From the NCBI RefSeq assembly GCF_009914755.1, contig NC_060944.1: a stretch of 64,000 nt of DNA. One strand, 5' to 3'. Below are positions 57,294 through 64,000 of this stretch, one piece after another. Below the pieces are notes generated by a model. That model saw nothing but the letters and a program-made list of their open reading frames with translations, ran no database searches and had not been told where the DNA came from. Positions within the stretch are counted from its first letter, which is position 1, and each line of letters opens with the position of its first letter. This stretch comes from the human T2T-CHM13v2.0 reference genome, Homo sapiens. The position numbers and the translations under genes are program-made.

Positions 57294-57494
<201 letters not shown>

Positions 57495-60018
57495 TTACCT
57501 AGGTGTTCCTTGGCCAGGATGGTATTGACTTTCCAGTGACTTTGCAGCTGCCCAGGCATCACCACCTCCTTGTGCAGGACTTGGAGGTTGGCAGTCATAT
57601 TCCATCACCCCTGCATCTCACTCCAAGAAGCCCAATGGCAGTTCAAAACCCCTCCTGACTCTCAGAACGGTCAGGCCCTCAACCTTTCTACGCAAGTCTT
57701 AATGACTAATGCTAGGCAGGTAACATTCCAGATGTCTCACCACCTAGTCCCCTTCAGTGATCTGTCACTTAAAGGACATGTTAAGTGCCATCTATGCTCT
57801 TCTTGAAAAAGGAATACTCAACTTTGCTTTAAAAAAATATATACACAGGAAGTAATACTTGAGGGTAGTCTATTTTTTCTGTATTTTTTCTATTTATACT
57901 CTTTTACCCATATAGGAAAACTTCAAAAAAGACAATATGATTTTCTGGGCTACAAAATAGCATTTACTGAATACCATTTGTGAAAATATTGATATGCCTA
58001 CAACAGAAAACATCTTTGGAAGGACATACCAGACATTTGCTGTGAGGAGAACAGTATGGATAGTGAGTGACCAGTAAGGAGAGATTTCTACTTTAAAAAA
58101 TATATTTGTGTATATTTTCAGTTTCAAATTAAATACACAAATAAGTATAAAATATCTACTTTCTGAACAGTGAGCAGGTTCTCTGCAGTATTTCCATCCT
58201 TTGACTTATCTCTGCTTTTGGTCTCCATGTGTATGTTCCCGACTTTCCAACTCCACCAGACAGAGGATGAATAAAGAGGAAGCTCCAGGCTGTGAAGCGT
58301 CTAGTCCTTGCTCCCCTCAGAAGCTGGGACATGTTGGACCAAGGTGGTAAGGATAGTGAGGTATGGCTTTACCTTGTACAATTCAAAACAATCATATTCC
58401 TTGACTCAGCAATTCTATTTCCAGAATATTCTGCTAACAACTCAAAAGTCCATCACAGAAGGAGTGGTTTCATAGGCATATCCACACCAGGGATTAGTCA
58501 TGAGAAATCATATAGTGGTGGCTTTAAATGTATTAACATGAAAAGATGTCCAAGATGGATGAAAGAAAGCTGCCAAAATGGTCCTTGTGGCAGGCAGGAC
58601 TCCACGCCTGCAAACATGTAAAACCAAAACAATATCAAAAGGAAAGGAAAAGGGTCACAAGTCAATCTCCCCTTCTTCCTGTGTTTTTAACTCACTTGGT
58701 GAAAAAATATGCTATGAAGAATTTAAAAGATATTTTATGTAGATCTCAAACTACCCAGACTTCTCACAAATGACAGGGCTGTGACTGACCCCAAAATACC
58801 AGTTAAAGGGGGAGTCAGGCATCTGTCCAATACTCGACCATGCCTCTCCAAGCCTGGGAAGTGAAGTAGGCCGATAACACTATCTCGATGGCAGATACAG
58901 CACTCAGTACATACAACGCAGTGATTGTTCCAATGCTGGAGCAGTCACAGAAGATGGGTTGTGGTATGAACAATGGCTGGCATGAAAGATGGGGGATGGG
59001 CTACAGATCCAAGAGCCAGACAGACTAGGGAGACAGAGGCAAAAAGCTATGGTTGGCAAGGTTTCCCAAGGGAAGTAAACTACAAAGCCTCTTCCTCACA
59101 CTGCCAACCCTCTGCCCTGCAGGAACAGAAACCCAGACACCTGGGAGTGGGATGGCTTCAAGTTCCTGAAAGTTGAGCAGTTTATTTGGAGATAAATCAG
59201 TGATATTTTATAGAGGAAGTAGAGCAATGTGTATTCTGGAAAAGAGAGAGACAGAAATCTGTCTTTTCATCTTGGTTAAATTTCTAATTCTCCTGGGTGA
59301 GAGGGAAGCAGACTAATTACCCATCATGCAGAGCCTAATTATAAAGTTCCTTGGGTCTCAGGTCACTGAAAAACATCCCTTTACCTGGTTAGAGCCAAGA
59401 AAAAATTCCTAGGTTTGATGGAAAGACAGAATCCAACTAAAATTTGGCAACCCTGGGTCCCTATTGTCTCCTGGGAATTTTGTAGTGTTGGCAGAACAAA
59501 AGCTGTTTCCACAAATGGGGAGGAAAGAGATTAGGAAACACACTCAAGACAAACGAAATGACTTTCTCCATAAGTATGACGTCTCAGAAGTGGTCTCACA
59601 CAATATGGGTAATAGATAAATACAAATTAAAACCACTGATATCATGTTTTACTCTTATTGTCCAGAGGCCAAAGATTTAACAATATACTGTGATGCTGGG
59701 GCTGGGAGGAGATTGCACCTTTATAGCCTGGTGGTGGCAGTCCAGAGTGCAACCCCTAGAGATGGTAACTTGACAAGACCTCTCAAAAACACTACACACA
59801 GCTTTTGAGCCCCTCATCCCACTTCTGAGAGTAAGTCCTATGGCAACATGTGCACACGTGGAAAATGAAGTCTGTACAAGGTGAGTTACTGCAGCATTGT
59901 TTATAATAGCAAAATACTGGAAATGACTCAAATACTCATTAATAGGGCACTAGCCAAGTAAATTATAGCACACTTACATAAACGAATACTAGGCAGCTGT
60001 AACAGAGCTTACTCCTCA

Positions 60019-60376
<358 letters not shown>

Positions 60377-60483
60377 TACTCCTCTTTTATGTAGTGGTAT
60401 TGCAAGTGTCAAAAATGCATTAAGTGAAAAAGTAAACTGCAAAACAGTATGTGTGTGAAAGCAAGAAAAAAGTTATGTTTTTA

Positions 60484-60837
<354 letters not shown>

Positions 60838-63519
60838 TCAGAAACCAGCAGCAGAGCACTCATCAGAGATGCCAGTGCTGAAGAGTCTGGCAGGAACTGC
60901 AGTATCTAGGGAGGGTTTCCTGTGACCTCACTGGACATCTAAGGAGTTGCGACAGTCCTACTCCAGACCTGTGAATGCTCTTCCCTGACTCCAAGCAATA
61001 ACTCGACTACAAAAGGACCCCGCGTACCAGAGATGAGCGGCAGTCCACCTTCTTCTGGAGATGGGGAGTATAAACTTCCTCCTGCCCTGACTCTCCCAGC
61101 ACCCCGTGGATTTTCTCCCCAGCTAAAAATAACTGTGGTCCCTCGAGGTGCACACTATGTCTAGAAGTCACACACAGTGCAAGAAGCAATATTCCTTCCC
61201 AAAATCCCCCATCATCTTTCACATATAATGTGTGTATATATTGCTCCTCCATTGTTCAGTGCAGGCAAATCCCCCTCCACCATCTGCCACCCCCATGGGC
61301 TCCTCTGTGGTTCACTAATTGTGACCTACACACATTGCTGCTCTCCAGGCTGTGGGTCAGCACTATGGGATGTGGTAAGAGGAAGCTATAAGGCAAGCTT
61401 TCACCCTCATTCTAGTGCCAAGTGTCTCACACCAACAGGGAACCTGGGGCGTAAAGCTGGCCCCTTGTAGGCTGGTTCCTGAGTTGTCATAATTTTCCTG
61501 GGAAAGTAAAAACCAACCTAGGCTGAAATAGAGAAATGAAAGAAAGAATTTGTGCAGCATTCATCCCACTTATTTTATCCAATGCTGCCCCACAAAACAA
61601 CCCATGCTCATTTTTGCACAGCTAATACTTTGTAACAGAGATGACTGAAGAGAACAGGAATACTAAGGAGGTTGCAGTGGTGGCCCTTCAAGAATTAACT
61701 CAGTAAACCCAGCCAACTGCTAGCAACTCTGTGGCCAGTGGTTCCACTCTGAGTTACTCTAAATGGGCTAGGTGCTTTCCACACATGAACGAATGCAATT
61801 CTTTCTCCACAGCACTATCCCCATTTCACAGATGAAGAAACTGAGGCAGACAGGGAGAAGTGAAAATAGTAAATAGTAAAATTTACTATTATAAAAATAG
61901 TAAATTTATAATTTAGTAAAATAGTAAAACTACGTTATAAATTATAAACCCAAATACCATGCTCTTTCTATTATTCCAGTTTCCCAGAAGCTGGACAAGC
62001 CACGACGGCGCCTTCCAATAAAAGGGGAACTCCAGAGACGCTATGAGAAAAGAGGAACAGACATCTGCAATAGATATCTGCAACTTCCTTTTCAAAAACA
62101 CCATCGGCATTGCTTTCTCAGGAAGCCACTGCCAGCCTATTGTGATAGCTGACACTGAGTTCCTGAGAATTCTCTAATTAGGATCCCAGATTGGAGGGTC
62201 AGCCAGTGGTTAACATATAATGGACACAAAACTGATTTTACTGGAAGACTGAGGGTGGGCACTCACCATGGTTCTAAGCATTCATTACTCAGAAGATCCA
62301 TAAAAACATTACAGTTCTGTTGTGTAAGAGTTTAGGAAAAAAAGAAAATCCTGACAAAAATCCCAACCTAAAAAACAGTGTCAACATTTGTAAGTAGGAT
62401 GGGGAGGCAGAGATGAATTGGCAGTGTTATCACAGCTACTGGACTATGTGGACTTTAACAAAGTAAGAAACGGGTGGGGGTTGGGTGGTGGTATCTTAAT
62501 AGAGCAGGAGTAGAGACGGATGTCCTGGGGCAGAATGGGTACCAATGCTGCCTGAAGCCTGGAGCTGGGAGCTGAGGACTAAGAGGTAGACAGGAGGGTG
62601 GGGACCGGTACCTGCTCCAAGGAACTGGTGCCCCAGAACTGGTGAGCTGGGGTATGCATTTAGCTCATTCGTTTACCAGAATGCAGTCACCACCTGATGA
62701 AAGAAATGACTAATGGCAGGACTTGAACAGTTCTCTATAAATGAGTACCTGGGAGAAAAACAGGTCTCCAGGCTCCACAATACCCAATAAACACACTGCC
62801 TTTAGCCCACTTCAAGCTGCACTTCTTACATGGAACCCAACCCAACCAACCTCAGAGGTAAGGGTGAGAGCAGGCAATGAACAGCTATGATTCTCCATTC
62901 CCTGGCCAGGCAGGGAGCCTTTCCATCCACCCTCGTGAGACTGCTTGTAACAGAAATAAGGAAACCGACTCCAAGGCTCAGTAACCCACCCAAGGTCAGA
63001 ACCACGGAGTGGCAGGGCCTGTGAGCCACAAAGGAGACTGAAAACCAGAAAGAGCTTCTCTCTGGTCTGTTATTTTAAGAAAAACATGCCCAGAGGGGCC
63101 ACCTGGAAGCAAGGCTGTGTGGCACCCTCACCTTCCTAATTAAACAACAACTTCCCAGGAGCAACGACAGCAACAACAGCCTGGCCCAGCAGATGAACTC
63201 GAATCAATCCAAGCCCTTCCCCTATACGGGTCAGTTTGGGCACTACTTTACCTGCTGTGAAGTCTACTGGGATCTTCCAGGAAAGTCCCACCTCATTAGT
63301 AAAAAGAAAAACAAAGACTCGGGAAGAAAGTTCCTGCCCTCCCTGTTGAATGCTGTGTGAGGATAAGATGTCTGGAGCATGGCAGTCACCCTGTGACTAT
63401 CAGAAGGCCAGGCGTACCACAAGGTGGTCATTCCAGTGCTCTGAATCAGCCCCAAACCACTTCCCTCAAGACTCATGTTCTGAGGTGATTAAAAGTGTGC
63501 TTTGAAGGTAAATCTAGGA

Positions 63520-63900
63520 TGACAGTCAACAGATCAGTGATTGCCAGGAGTCAGGGGTAGAGGGAGGGAAGAACAGATGGAGCACAGAGAATTTTTAGGG
63601 CAGTGAAAATGTTCTGTATGATACTATATATAATGGATACATGCCATTATACACTTGTCCAAATGCACAGAATGTACACCACCAAGAGTGAACCCTAATG
63701 TAAACTATGGACTTTGGGTGATCATGATGTGTCAATGCAGGTTCGTCAATTGCAACACACGTACCATTCTAGTGGAGGGTGTTGATAACAGGAGGCTATG
63801 CATGTGTGGGACCAGGGGATATATGGGAAATCTCTGTACATGCCTCTCAATTTTGCTGAGAATCTGAAACTGCTCTTAATGAAGTCTTAAAAAAATAAAG
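63520..63900 (+). mobile_element. L1MC-like 3' end ending in AATAAA
   Basis: gtgaaccctaatgtaaactatggactttgggtgat...gggaaatctctgtac signature; AATAAA 63894-63899. Confidence 0.8.
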
Positions 63901-64000
63901 AAGTCTGCTTTGCCTTAGGTTGGGTCTTCAGTTACCTGCAGCCAAATGAACACAACTGGCGTGAGGTAAACCTCTGACACTTAGTGAGCACGCTACAATG

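Overview
Human (or great-ape) genomic DNA, recognisable as the 20p13 SDCBP2-FKBP1A interval. The minus strand carries the 5' half of SDCBP2 (syntenin-2: a probable non-coding exon 1 ending at 14291 and coding exons at 5569-5641, 4796-4865 and 3524-3624). It also carries the 3' half of FKBP1A (FKBP12: exons 60673-60785 and 57258-57422, plus a 3'UTR exon ~54165-55254). Every coding-exon boundary has a GT/AG site and the phases are consistent. A CpG-island promoter at ~10330-11120 lies inside SDCBP2 intron 1 and faces the + strand, matching the antisense lncRNA SDCBP2-AS1. The ~40 kb between the genes is mostly transposon-derived: many Alus, a nested and apparently full-length ancient L1, solo ERV LTRs with TSDs, MaLR LTRs, DNA transposons, L2 and MIR. 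Nearly all ORFs in the supplied track are repeat-derived or chance ORFs. The most interesting inference is that the antisense promoter has a GABPA/NRF1/YY1 architecture with an ATGGCGGCC start. One restored base then gives a mitochondrial-presequence-like frame that splices in phase into a second, stop-interrupted exon, so the lncRNA may be the relic of a lost protein-coding gene (untested). Other notable structures are a local duplication-inversion hairpin at 21.4-21.9 kb, an Alu-born minisatellite, back-to-back poly(A) signals at the FKBP1A end, and an ancient RT relic. Repeat subfamily names come from recognition by eye and need RepeatMasker/Dfam confirmation.
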